NCBI GenBank assembly: GCA_045651165.1 | Contig: JAZRRX010000037.1 | Coordinates: 584-64,583 of the forward strand | Direction: 5' to 3' | From: Eubacteriales bacterium | Lineage (GTDB): Bacteria > Bacillota > Clostridia > Oscillospirales > CAG-272 | DNA length: 64,000 nucleotides | Shown here: positions 1 through 9,670 of the stretch, one piece after another | Numbering within the stretch: position 1 is the first letter of the stretch | Layout: the number at the start of each line of letters is the position of its first letter | Made by a program: the position numbers and the translations under genes | The notes under the pieces: generated by a model | Databases searched by the model: none | Seen by the model: the letters and a program-made list of their open reading frames with translations, nothing else | Told to the model about the DNA's origin: nothing

Positions 1-1465
1 GAACCGCAGGATGCTCTGCTATAAAGCTTTCGATTGTGATGGGGAAAACTTTATGTCCGTCAAATCTTGTAATCATTCTCTTAACACGGCCCTTGATGTA
101 AACGAAACCGTCCTCATCAATAGAACCAATATCACCGGAGTGAATCCAATATTGACCATCAGCATGCAAACGTTTAACGTGGTCTGTTTCAGCCTGATTG
201 TTGAAATATCCCTTCATCATAGAAGGACCTGTCATACAAACTTCGCCTTCTTCATTATATCCAAGTTCTTCACCTGTTTCAGGATCGAAAATAGCAACTG
301 TTGTAGTAAGGCAAGGAATACCAACACTCTTTCTCTTATATCTGTCGTTAACACAGAAAGTAGCAGCAGCAGAAACTTCACTCATACCATAACCTTGGCA
401 CAAGGGATATTTCATGTTGTGTTCCTTCATGAATACATCAAGTTTTGCTTCAAGACCTTCGTTCATGGAGTCACCACCAGAACCAAGTGTATAGAGTTTA
501 GAAAGATCCATTCCCTTAACTTCCTTGCTATCAATAAGGATTTCATAGAAAGCAGGAGTTGCGATCATGTGATTGGGCTTATATTTCTTAATGTACTCGC
601 CCATCTTGAGAGGATAGAAACGAGGAATAAGCGCAAGCTCTGTATCAATAGTCAAAGGCATGTGAATACCACAGCAAAGACCGTAGGATGAGAAAATAGG
701 CATAATACCCAAGAATCTATCTCCACCCTCGTGAATGATACCTGCATGAATAAAGTTAAATGCAGTTGCGTTAATAGAATCGTTTGTGAGCATAACGCCC
801 TTGGGGAAACCAGTTGTACCACCTGTATATGTAATGGCAGCAGTAGCATCTCCATCATAGTCAGCTTCGTGAGCCAAACCATCTTTTGCGCCCTTAATAA
901 ATGTTTCCCAGCTCATAATTCCGCCCTGACCATAAGGAATACGGCTGCTTGTCGCAATTTTAAGTGCCAACTTCTTAATTGGAGGCAATGATGTAGCAGC
1001 AGTTTGAATAACAATGTGTTCCTGTTTGATCTTGTCGTGAATTTTTGCAACCAATGGATATGACATATCGATAGCAATAAGCATTTTTGATCCAGATGTA
1101 GTGATCATTCTTGTAATACTATTTGCATCAAGTCTTGGGTCGATTGCATTGAGTGTTGCACCAATTTTGTTAAGTGCATAGAAAACCATTATTGATTCAG
1201 GTGTTGACGCAGACAATAATGAAACAACGTCACCCTGTTTGATTCCGAGCGCTGCAAAAGCGTCTGCAACCTCATCAATTTTAGCAATAAGGGTTTTAAC
1301 CTTGATTTTAGTTCCGTAGTAGTAAATAGCAGTATGATAAAGTCGATGTTTGTTGGTTTCTTTAAGGTATGAATAAACCTTCATCTTTGGAAATTCAGCA
1401 GTTTTTGATTCCTCAGGGAAATGCTTCATCCAAGGTTTTTCTATACTGATTGTTCTTTTTTCCAT
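1..1465 (-). CDS. AMP-binding acyl-CoA synthetase (class I adenylate-forming enzyme); 3' end runs off the window
   Basis: Manual translation from ATG at 1465 (RBS AAGGAG) gives MEKRTISIEKPW..., with motifs YTGGTTGFPKG, QGYGMSE, HSGDIG and IKGRVK in one frame. Absent from the ORF track because it has no stop in the window. Confidence 0.9.
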   Translation of the reverse strand, partial: MEKRTISIEKPWMKHFPEESKTAEFPKMKVYSYLKETNKHRLYHTAIYYYGTKIKVKTLIAKIDEVADAFAALGIKQGDVVSLLSASTPESIMVFYALNKIGATLNAIDPRLDANSITRMITTSGSKMLIAIDMSYPLVAKIHDKIKQEHIVIQTAATSLPPIKKLALKIATSSRIPYGQGGIMSWETFIKGAKDGLAHEADYDGDATAAITYTGGTTGFPKGVMLTNDSINATAFNFIHAGIIHEGGDRFLGIMPIFSSYGLCCGIHMPLTIDTELALIPRFYPLKMGEYIKKYKPNHMIATPAFYEILIDSKEVKGMDLSKLYTLGSGGDSMNEGLEAKLDVFMKEHNMKYPLCQGYGMSEVSAAATFCVNDRYKRKSVGIPCLTTTVAIFDPETGEELGYNEEGEVCMTGPSMMKGYFNNQAETDHVKRLHADGQYWIHSGDIGSIDEDGFVYIKGRVKRMITRFDGHKVFPITIESFIAEHPAV

Positions 1466-1578
1466 TTAATTAATCTCCTTTAAACTTCATATAAGTATAA
1501 ATTTGCGCCAGAACAAATTGAGCGCACATAACACAGGAAAGTTGCTACAAGCAATACTACCCGATGTTATTTCATTTT

Positions 1579-1607
1579 ATTATACAATATTTGTACCTAT
1601 TTGTCAA
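1579..1607 (-). promoter_or_regulatory. sigma-A promoter for the acyl-CoA synthetase
   Basis: TTGACA-17 nt-TATAAT on the minus strand. Confidence 0.75.
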
Positions 1608-1705
1608 TATAAATTTCAAAAAACACCCTATCGGCAAATTATAACAGAAAAGTATAATAAATCATCTCTTAATTAATAAGTAGAAAACCAAAGCAAAAAA
1701 GAAGC

Positions 1706-1739
1706 TGCGCCCAAACGCAAATTAAAGAGTTTGGGCGCA
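1706..1739 (-). terminator. hairpin downstream of the methyltransferase gene
   Basis: TGCGCCCAAAC...GTTTGGGCGCA 11-bp stem, followed by a T-run on the minus strand. Confidence 0.6.
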
Positions 1740-1754
1740 TAGATTGGCTATATT

Positions 1755-2906
1755 TTATTTCTTTTTAAATTTATTTTTATCATCTCGCGGCTTATAATAC
1801 TGATACAAATTACAAGGTATCATTCCATTATAAAGCTTTCTGATTTTGTCCGCACGGCGACCATAACACCTTTCAAAGCTTTCCATAGAAGTAAGTACAT
1901 ATATTTGCCAAGGATAGAAATTATCAAAATTTTTACCAATATCGCGATAAAGCTGCTCTGCCTCACGAGGTGTCATCAATCGTTCACCATAAGGAGGATT
2001 GCAGATAATCGTGCCTCGCCTATCGGGTTTTTCAATTTTTCTAGCATCTGCAGTAAAAATATTGAGGTAGTCGGTAACACCTGCACGCAGAGCGTTTTCG
2101 TATGCAATATCAGTTGCCTCCTCATCAATGTCAGATGCAAATATTTCAAAATCTATTTCTTTTGATACAAGAGAACGCGCCAAATCTCTTTCCTCGTTCC
2201 ACATTTTAGATGTGATTTGAGGAAATTTTTCCGATATAAACTCCCTATTCATTCCGGGAGCAATATTGGCAAGAATCATAGCGGATTCAATCGCTATAGT
2301 ACCAGAGCCACAAAATGGGTCCCAAATAAGCACGTCTTTTCGTGGTCTGCTTGTCAATGCAAGTGCCGCTGCAAGCGTTTCACGAAGAGGAGCTGCAACG
2401 GATGCTGGACGATAGCCTCTTTTGTGGAGTGCAATTCCACTTGTGTCAATCATCAATGACGCCTTGTCCTTTAATATGAAAAATTCAATCTGATATTTTA
2501 TTCCGCTGTTTTCGGTAAACCAAGAAACGCTATACTTTTCGGATAATCTCGCAACCACAGCGCGCTTAACAATACTTTGACAATCAGGAATGGAATATAA
2601 CTTGCTTTTGATAGCATGTCCTTTTACAGGAAATTCATCGTAACGAGAAATAAAATTTTCCCACGGGAGTGCCTTTGTTCCCTCAAATAAATCATCAAAT
2701 GAATAGGCATTAAATTCACCAAGTTTAATAAAAACCCTCTCCGCAAGTCGAAGATTAATATTTGCGCGCGCAACATCTTGCAAAGTTCCCTCGAATGTAA
2801 CTCTGCCATCAATAGTTTCTATTCTTTTAAAGCCGAGAGCATCAATTTCCTCGCCCAAAAATTTTTCCAATCCAAAAAGACAGGTTGCAACAAGCTGTAA
2901 TTTCAT
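1755..2906 (-). CDS. rlmL: THUMP-domain 23S rRNA methyltransferase (RlmL/YpsC-like)
   Basis: LHKRGYR, APLRETLAA, DPFCGSGTI and NPPYGER motifs. Confidence 0.85.
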   Translation of the reverse strand: MKLQLVATCLFGLEKFLGEEIDALGFKRIETIDGRVTFEGTLQDVARANINLRLAERVFIKLGEFNAYSFDDLFEGTKALPWENFISRYDEFPVKGHAIKSKLYSIPDCQSIVKRAVVARLSEKYSVSWFTENSGIKYQIEFFILKDKASLMIDTSGIALHKRGYRPASVAAPLRETLAAALALTSRPRKDVLIWDPFCGSGTIAIESAMILANIAPGMNREFISEKFPQITSKMWNEERDLARSLVSKEIDFEIFASDIDEEATDIAYENALRAGVTDYLNIFTADARKIEKPDRRGTIICNPPYGERLMTPREAEQLYRDIGKNFDNFYPWQIYVLTSMESFERCYGRRADKIRKLYNGMIPCNLYQYYKPRDDKNKFKKK

Positions 2907-2936
2907 TTTTTATTTCCTTTTTATTATTATTTTCGA

Positions 2937-3347
2937 TTAATTATAAACCATAGTTGCTGATTTGTCAACATCACTTCTTCGCCTTGAAAGAAATTCAGCG
3001 CGCGCAATAACTGTTATATCATCAAGCTTAATCAGAAAGCTCCTCCCAATAACATCTTCAATTTTTAGTTTATTTGAAACACTCACATATGAGCCATCAT
3101 CAATACAAACAAGATTTTCACCGCAAAAAACATTTTGGAGAGCAAAATTTCCGTAATTTCTATCATACATTTTTATCTCTTTCACTCGCGCGCCACCAGA
3201 ATGTATGTGCAACAAAACCCCGAGAGGCGTGTGAATAAACTCTACTCTACCACTTCTCTTTTCAGTTGGGAAATCAATTTTTGCAACAGGAAATCTGTCA
3301 CGAAGCAACATTTTATAAAACTCTTTTTTATCTAAAATAGGCATCAT
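2937..3347 (-). CDS. hypothetical protein, possibly a degenerate Cu/Zn-SOD-like fold
   Basis: 136-aa ORF with RBS; segments GRVEF-x-x-TPLGVLLHIHSG and EDVIGRSFLI recall clostridial SOD-family proteins. Confidence 0.45.
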   Translation of the reverse strand: MMPILDKKEFYKMLLRDRFPVAKIDFPTEKRSGRVEFIHTPLGVLLHIHSGGARVKEIKMYDRNYGNFALQNVFCGENLVCIDDGSYVSVSNKLKIEDVIGRSFLIKLDDITVIARAEFLSRRRSDVDKSATMVYN

Positions 3348-3378
3348 TTTTCTTTTTTCCTTTCATTTAATCCTTACC

Positions 3379-3407
3379 AATATATGCAGGTAGAAAGAAA
3401 AAGATGA
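3379..3407 (-). promoter_or_regulatory. putative SigE-type sporulation promoter
   Basis: TCATCTT-14 nt-CATATATT upstream of the 2937..3347 gene. Confidence 0.45.
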
Positions 3408-3477
3408 TAAATCAAAATTCAAACAAAAATAAAAAAAATAAAAGACACCCATTTGGATGCCTTTTATTTATTAAACA

Positions 3478-3756
3478 TTAGTCAGCGTATACACTAACCT
3501 GTTTCTTTGTCTTTGTCTTGTGCTCAAACTTAACTCTACCGTCGATGAGTGCGAACAATGTGTCATCTGTACCGATACCTACGTTGTTACCGGGATGAAT
3601 AGCTGTTCCTCTCTGTCTAACGATAATGTTGCCGGCAACTACGTGCTGACCGTCAGCTTTCTTAACGCCAAGGCGCTTTGATTCACTGTCACGGCCGTTC
3701 TTTGTAGAACCAACACCCTTTTTATGAGCAAAGAACTGCAAACTAAGCTTTAACAT
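3478..3756 (-). CDS. rpmA: 50S ribosomal protein L27 with Prp-cleaved N-terminal extension
   Basis: [24 protein letters not shown] signature. Confidence 0.98.
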   Translation of the reverse strand: MLKLSLQFFAHKKGVGSTKNGRDSESKRLGVKKADGQHVVAGNIIVRQRGTAIHPGNNVGIGTDDTLFALIDGRVKFEHKTKTKKQVSVYAD

Positions 3757-3791
3757 TTCTTTATTCCTCCGTACTTTAAATTTGTTTGACC

Positions 3792-4172
3792 TTATTGGTC
3801 TTGTTCGGACGGTTTTTCGTATTCCTTATCGATAACCTCAACTTGAAGATAATCATAATATTCTTCCATAAGGTCATTAAGTTGAATGCAATAGGACATA
3901 AACAAACCACTAATTGCATATCTCTTTCTTTCATCCTCCTCAAATTCGGGGAGCGCAGATTTGGACTGCACCATGATTTCAGTAGCACCCTCGTCTATTG
4001 TATAGTCGAGTTCGCCTGCATAAACCACGTTGATTGAGTTGATAAGCAACATTGTCATTGATGAAAGTGCCGCGCAAAGAATGTCGTAACCCTCATCACC
4101 ATAGCCTGTGTGTCCTGTTTCACGGAATCCGTAAAAAATACCGTCATTTCTAAAAAAAACTACTTTTGTCAT
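3792..4172 (-). CDS. prp: ribosomal-processing cysteine protease Prp
   Basis: GHTGY...DILCAALS motif; lies between rplU and rpmA. Confidence 0.92.
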   Translation of the reverse strand: MTKVVFFRNDGIFYGFRETGHTGYGDEGYDILCAALSSMTMLLINSINVVYAGELDYTIDEGATEIMVQSKSALPEFEEDERKRYAISGLFMSYCIQLNDLMEEYYDYLQVEVIDKEYEKPSEQDQ

Positions 4173-4195
4173 ATTTATGACCCTTTTTTTGAAAA

Positions 4196-4507
4196 TTAGC
4201 CGTTGATAGCAGTGATTTCAACCTTAGTGTAAGGCTGTCTGTGACCAATCTTCTTCTTTTCGTTCTTCTTGGATTTGTACTTGAGAACATAAATCTTCTT
4301 GCCCTTACCGTTCTTAAGAACGTTTGCAGTAACAGTTGCACCTTCAACATTGGGAGCACCAACCTTGAATGTTTCACCATCGGACAAAGCCTTTACACAG
4401 TCAAAAGTAACTGTTTCTCCTTCGTTAACGTCGAGCTTTTCGATGAAAAGAACATCACCTACGTTAACTTTGTACTGCTTTCCACCTGTCATGATAATTG
4501 CGAACAT
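4196..4507 (-). CDS. rplU: 50S ribosomal protein L21
   Basis: [14 protein letters not shown]...GHRQPYT; start reassigned to ATG 4507 after the GAGGT RBS. Confidence 0.98.
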   Translation of the reverse strand: MFAIIMTGGKQYKVNVGDVLFIEKLDVNEGETVTFDCVKALSDGETFKVGAPNVEGATVTANVLKNGKGKKIYVLKYKSKKNEKKKIGHRQPYTKVEITAING

Positions 4508-4524
4508 GGAAGTAGCACCTCTCT

Positions 4525-4600
4525 TTCTTATAGACTCGCTAAGGCAGGGGTGGCTCGAAAAATTCGTCCACTCTCTACGACCTGACATTATGCGGCATAT
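4525..4600 (-). ncRNA. L21 leader-type cis-regulatory RNA
   Basis: 5' UTR of rplU reading GCCGCA...CAGG...CCTG...GCGAGTCT, downstream of a TTGACA/TACAAT promoter at 4602-4631; resembles the Bacillota L21 leader. Confidence 0.65.
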
Positions 4601-4761
4601 TATTGTATCACATTGTAGAGCTATTTGTCAATAGTTTTTTCAATTTTTATTTGAACACAATTAATAGGATTAATTTTGTGTTTTTTATTGTCGTATAATT
4701 GACTTTTGTGTATAATTATGATATAATTACTTTATATTGTCTATTTAGAGAGGAAAATAAG

Positions 4762-7700
4762 ATGTTTATAAAATACATAAATAAATTTGTGGCAGCTATT
4801 ATTGCCTTGACAATTTGTTTTAGCGCTTCAAGTTCAAGTGTTGGAATATTCGTTAATGCATTGGATATTCAACAATCATCCGATAAGCCTGAATTCAATT
4901 ACGTTGCGCTTGGGGCTTCAAACGTAAATGGATACGGACTGCACGGATACAATTTTGAATACGTATACGAATCTCCCTTTGAAAAAGCAAAGGATAATAG
5001 ATACGGATATGAAATGGATACTCCCGGTGCATATGCAGATATTATAAAAGAAAAATTAAGCCGTGATTATAATGTAAATCTTCATCAAATTGCAACAAGC
5101 AGTTTGCGCGCCGAAGAACTTCACTTCCTTTTGGATTACACTTATCAAGGTGATGCATATACCGATACATGGTTCTATGACACCAACGGAGACGGCGTAA
5201 GTAGCAACTGGTATCTCGGCGGGGCTTTGTATGAGTGGCAACAATGTGTCGATAAAAATCTTGAAGGATTTGACCACGAACCCACTCCCGAAGAATTGCT
5301 CTATAATTTGCGCACCGCATGTAGAGAAAAGGTTGCAGATGCAGACCTTATCACCATTGATATCGGTATGAACAATTTTGGCACATATATGCTCAATCTT
5401 ATTTCCACGGGTGTTTTTTCAAGTGATCTTGAATCTCTTAATCCCGAGATAGCTCACTACTACAAGATTGCTAGTGAATATGCGCTCGAAATCATTGAAG
5501 AAACAATCGGTGATACAGTAATGCCCACATCAATGCTCAAATCTTTTGCCGATACTATTGCCTATGCCCTTGTGGGATATTGTGTTAATTTTGATGAAAC
5601 CATAAAAGAAATATATTCACTCAATCCCGACGTCAAAATAGTTGTTGTAAGTATTCAGAATATGTTGCGCGACCTTGACGTTGTTTTCCCAGGTTCAACA
5701 ATTCGTGTTCCTTTTGGTGATATATTTGGAACAATAATTAATGCAGCAAACCTTTATACTGCCACATTATCTCCTTATTCATCAACTTACTATTACGCCA
5801 ACGTTTCATCAAACGGACACACAGAATTCTTCTTTGATGAGGTGGGAGCTTACGATGGAAATCCTTCTTCACTCAGCACCAACCTCAAAGACTGCTTCAA
5901 TGTGTATGATGGCTCTCTTTATATAAAAACTCGTATTCAACAGATGTTTGCTGTTAATATGAGCAAAAAAGGACTCGTCCGCATGGATGAATCCCAAAAA
6001 GATACAACAAATATGGAATCTATCGAAGCTTTCCATTACGGATTCCATTATGGCATAGAGGGTAAAGAAAATACCCCCAAAATTACATGGCATGACGGCA
6101 CTCCCTTAAAAGATTTCATTAAAAAAGGTGAGGCGGGACAACTTTCCGGAGATGACAAATCATACTATGAAATTTATGCAAAAATGCTTTCAGTTGCATA
6201 TGACGTTGTCGCTGAAGTATTAAGAGAATCTACAAAGCCCAATATTATGGACTTTACACAGCTTGGTGTAGCTTCTTACCTCGGCCTTTCTACTGAACAA
6301 ATTCTTTTGGAAGAACTTGCTGCGGCCGTTGAAAATGCAATTGAAAATCCCGATTACAACTATGACATTAATGAACTTTATCCCGAAGGATATTTTAATG
6401 CTTTAGCACAAGAACACAATCTTGAACCCATTGTTTTTGAAACTATGTTTGCATTTGCTATGCGAATGCAATTCGGTGGAACTGTTTTCTCTCACCCCAA
6501 CGCAAATGGATATAAAGAAATCAGCAAAATCATTTGGAAAACTTATATCAAAGGTACCAAAGGTGCCGATGTAATCAATGACCAACTTAGTATTGATTAT
6601 TTACCCACCGATAGTTCATACTATGTTGCCATTAACGGTTTTGAAGGTGGCTATGCAGATATTTTTGCAGAACTAATTGGTCTTGAAAATAATCAGGTGG
6701 GATATACCTCATTTGATAACATAGACTATAGTGAAATCGCAAAGGCAGATATCGTAAGCATTGGCTATAACGAAGCTGATATGATTAACTTCGTATCCAA
6801 CCAAATGCTCGGTTATGTGGCGGATTATATCGACAATGATGCCCGTAGCATTGCCACCTCTTATGTTTCCACTATAGTTGACATTTTAAGCAATTCTCTT
6901 TCATCATATATTTCACTTGCTGGGCTCAAAGAAGAATTAAAAAAGCCTGTAAACAATATGATTGATGAAATCCTATTGACAGAACCAATAGCTAACAAAT
7001 CAAAACAAGACTTAGATTGGTCTCTCCTTCTTGATGAAGAGCAGGTTCAGTATGTCGAATTAACAAAGAAAACGCTTAAAGAACTTGTTGTTAATTATGC
7101 AGGATTTGAGTATTATACACTTAAAATAGATATGGTTGAATTGCTTGTACAAAACGCAGCTTCAATAAACACCAATCCTTTTGTAAGTGCAATCATCAGC
7201 AATCCAGATACTCTTTATACAATGTTTGGTGAAAATTCTTTTATAACAATCGATCTTCCCTTGACAGATGCAATCGTTTTTGCACTTGAATCATTCTTGT
7301 ATCGTTATATGGAAGAAACAATTAAATCTGCCAACCTTATTTCTTACATCAACACCAATCACCCCGATACCAAGATTATCATCCTTGGTCGTTACAATCT
7401 CTTAAAAGATTCCTATCTTGAAATTGGCAATGACCGATTAGATATTGGATATTTCTTTGAAGCACTCTCACTTGTATCAACCTCACAAACTCTTCTTTAT
7501 TTTAGCGTATTTAATAATACGGCGTTTGCTAATATATCGGAAACAACCACAAGTTATCAGGAAGCCAATGACGGACAAAAAACCAATATTTTAGACTTGC
7601 TTTCACTATATAATCTTGATCAATCGATTCTTAATATTGGAGATAAAGGTAACGAATATATTGCTAATAGAATGTACTCACAGATAAGATCTGTTTGTGT

Positions 7701-8010
7701 TCACCAATTTAACAACTGCGAGGATACAGAATGTTCACTCTGTGGTGAAGAAATAGACCCTCGTGAGCATAGTTATGGTGATTGGGAGGCAGTTTATGAT
7801 GCTGATGGCAACTATACTGGTGAGGATACAAGAACTTGTAGCGTTTGCAATCACATTGATAAACGCACAACATCTGTTATCGAATCCCAAACAGACACCG
7901 AATCTAACAAACTTAAAAATCCCGTGTTACCAATTACACTTAGTGCAGCGGTAATTTGTGCTTTGGCAGGATTTGGCGTATATTACTTTATTGTTCGCAA
8001 AAAGAAATAA
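4762..8010 (+). CDS. large exported SGNH/GDSL-like hydrolase with tandem domains and a C-terminal membrane anchor
   Basis: Signal peptide; YVALGAS, ADLITIDIGMNN and HPNANG blocks; a second degenerate repeat; Cys pairs; TM helix followed by RKKK. Start moved to ATG 4762 after the GAGG RBS. Confidence 0.7.
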   Translation: MFIKYINKFVAAIIALTICFSASSSSVGIFVNALDIQQSSDKPEFNYVALGASNVNGYGLHGYNFEYVYESPFEKAKDNRYGYEMDTPGAYADIIKEKLSRDYNVNLHQIATSSLRAEELHFLLDYTYQGDAYTDTWFYDTNGDGVSSNWYLGGALYEWQQCVDKNLEGFDHEPTPEELLYNLRTACREKVADADLITIDIGMNNFGTYMLNLISTGVFSSDLESLNPEIAHYYKIASEYALEIIEETIGDTVMPTSMLKSFADTIAYALVGYCVNFDETIKEIYSLNPDVKIVVVSIQNMLRDLDVVFPGSTIRVPFGDIFGTIINAANLYTATLSPYSSTYYYANVSSNGHTEFFFDEVGAYDGNPSSLSTNLKDCFNVYDGSLYIKTRIQQMFAVNMSKKGLVRMDESQKDTTNMESIEAFHYGFHYGIEGKENTPKITWHDGTPLKDFIKKGEAGQLSGDDKSYYEIYAKMLSVAYDVVAEVLRESTKPNIMDFTQLGVASYLGLSTEQILLEELAAAVENAIENPDYNYDINELYPEGYFNALAQEHNLEPIVFETMFAFAMRMQFGGTVFSHPNANGYKEISKIIWKTYIKGTKGADVINDQLSIDYLPTDSSYYVAINGFEGGYADIFAELIGLENNQVGYTSFDNIDYSEIAKADIVSIGYNEADMINFVSNQMLGYVADYIDNDARSIATSYVSTIVDILSNSLSSYISLAGLKEELKKPVNNMIDEILLTEPIANKSKQDLDWSLLLDEEQVQYVELTKKTLKELVVNYAGFEYYTLKIDMVELLVQNAASINTNPFVSAIISNPDTLYTMFGENSFITIDLPLTDAIVFALESFLYRYMEETIKSANLISYINTNHPDTKIIILGRYNLLKDSYLEIGNDRLDIGYFFEALSLVSTSQTLLYFSVFNNTAFANISETTTSYQEANDGQKTNILDLLSLYNLDQSILNIGDKGNEYIANRMYSQIRSVCVHQFNNCEDTECSLCGEEIDPREHSYGDWEAVYDADGNYTGEDTRTCSVCNHIDKRTTSVIESQTDTESNKLKNPVLPITLSAAVICALAGFGVYYFIVRKKK

Positions 8011-8025
8011 TAATAGATAAAATTT

Positions 8026-8057
8026 AAAGGACTTGTCTTGAAGGCAAGTCCTTTTTT
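8026..8057 (+). terminator. intrinsic terminator
   Basis: AAAGGACTTGTC...GGCAAGTCCTTT followed by a T-run. Confidence 0.75.
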
Positions 8058-8132
8058 GTCTAAATAAAAATCACTATTTCGCTTGATTTTTTGAACAATT
8101 TATGATAATATAACCTTGTTGAATATTAGTTT

Positions 8133-8209
8133 GCGCCATTAGCTCAGTAGGATAGAGCGTTCGCCTCCTAAGCGAAAGGCCGTTGGTTCGATTCCAATAT
8201 GGCGTGCCA
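8133..8209 (+). tRNA. tRNA-Arg (anticodon CCT)
   Basis: Acceptor GCGCCAT/ATGGCGT, anticodon arm TTCGC-CTCCTAA-GCGAA, GTTCGATT T-loop, encoded CCA. Confidence 0.96.
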
Positions 8210-8430
8210 AAAAGGTGAGTTGAGTTTAGTCTTAACTCGCCTTTTTGTTTAGCGCAAGTAAAAATACACAAAAGTTCAGTATTTTCATTAAAATAATAAA
8301 CAAAATATTAGTTTTTTTGACGATTTTTTGTTGTTTTTTTCAAAAATCGTTGAACTTCGACATTGTTTATGATAGAATTAATCTTAAGATGGAATAAGCA
8401 AATTCCCAACGTATTATGAAAGGAATAGTT

Positions 8431-9633
8431 ATGATTACAAACAAGCCCAATATCAGAGTATACCGAGTAGCTCAATTTTTGTCAGAAATTATAGCTAAAA
8501 CCATTTTCAAAAGAAAATATATTCGCAACGAAATAAAAGACGCAAAAGGTCCTATGGTTATCGTTTGCAATCACCAAGCGGCACTTGATTTTACAACATT
8601 AATTGGTGCTACCAAAGAAACGCAAACTTTCGTTGTTAGCGACTCCTTTTATCAAACACTCCCCTTTAAAAAAGGCATGGATAAAATTTGTGTTATTCCA
8701 AAACAACAGTTTCAGACATCTATCAAAGAGATAGCCTTGATGCGCAAGGCAGTTAAGCAAGACGGAATTCTCACCTTCTACCCCGCAGGACTTATGTGCG
8801 AAGACGGTCTTTCAACACCCATTCCCGACTCCACATACGCCTTTCTTAGATGGCTTGATACGGACGTTTATGCAGCAAGAGTTTACGGCACGTATTTTTG
8901 TACACCAAAATGGAGCAAAAAAATTCGCACTGGAAAAACATTCCTTGATATTCATAAAATAATTGATAAGCAAGAGTTGTGCGAAATGGCCGTAGAGCAA
9001 ATACAAGAAAAGATAGATAGCGCATTGCTCTTTGACGCTTATAGAGAACAAGAAAAGCTAAAAATAAAATACTCTGGTGGAAATAATATTGAAGGACTTG
9101 AAAATGTGCTTTATATTTGTCCTCACTGTAAAAAAGAATATACTCTCAAGGTTAAAAACAAGCACACAATTTATTGTACCGAATGCGGCTTTGCACACAA
9201 ATCTGATAAATACGGATTTTTACACAACGTGGGTAAAACGCCTAAAGAAATGAGATACGTTTCAGACTGGTCGCTTTGGATTCAGGAAATAATCAAAGAT
9301 CAAATTGAAAAAGGTGAACTTACCGACCTCACCGCCAAAGCCAAAATACAAACAATTGATTCCAAAAAGCATAAGTACACAACGGTTGGTTATGCAAACA
9401 TTAAATTAACCCCCGAAAAATTTATTATTGATGGCCCAATAAATTGCAAGAGAGTGCATCTTGAAATTCCAACTATACAGTTTGCATCCCTCCCATTTAA
9501 ACCGGGTTATCAAATTGAAATTCAACATAACAAAGTTTCATATCGTTGTATTCTTGACGACGGAAAGCTTGCAATGAAATTTGTTGATATGGTTGAAGTC
9601 TTTTATAAAATGAAATCCCAAAAGGAAAAATAA
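8431..9633 (+). CDS. 1-acyl-sn-glycerol-3-phosphate acyltransferase-like (PlsC family) with C-terminal Cys-rich region
   Basis: NHQAALD (HX4D) and FYPAG blocks; CPHC...CTEC; alternative start at 8416. Confidence 0.8.
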   Translation: MITNKPNIRVYRVAQFLSEIIAKTIFKRKYIRNEIKDAKGPMVIVCNHQAALDFTTLIGATKETQTFVVSDSFYQTLPFKKGMDKICVIPKQQFQTSIKEIALMRKAVKQDGILTFYPAGLMCEDGLSTPIPDSTYAFLRWLDTDVYAARVYGTYFCTPKWSKKIRTGKTFLDIHKIIDKQELCEMAVEQIQEKIDSALLFDAYREQEKLKIKYSGGNNIEGLENVLYICPHCKKEYTLKVKNKHTIYCTECGFAHKSDKYGFLHNVGKTPKEMRYVSDWSLWIQEIIKDQIEKGELTDLTAKAKIQTIDSKKHKYTTVGYANIKLTPEKFIIDGPINCKRVHLEIPTIQFASLPFKPGYQIEIQHNKVSYRCILDDGKLAMKFVDMVEVFYKMKSQKEK

Positions 9634-9635
9634 AC

Positions 9636-9668
9636 AAAAGCTCAATGCCACCACGGCATTGAGCTTTT
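9636..9668. terminator. bidirectional terminator
   Basis: AAAAGCTCAATGCC-loop-GGCATTGAGCTTTT between convergent genes. Confidence 0.85.
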
Positions 9669-9670
9669 TA

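Noticed and set aside
11-991. ORF-track entries at 11..691, 198..392, 652..882 and 731..991
   Set aside because: They are shadows of the minus-strand acyl-CoA synthetase. I checked a suspected frameshift near 900-960 and found the frame continuous.
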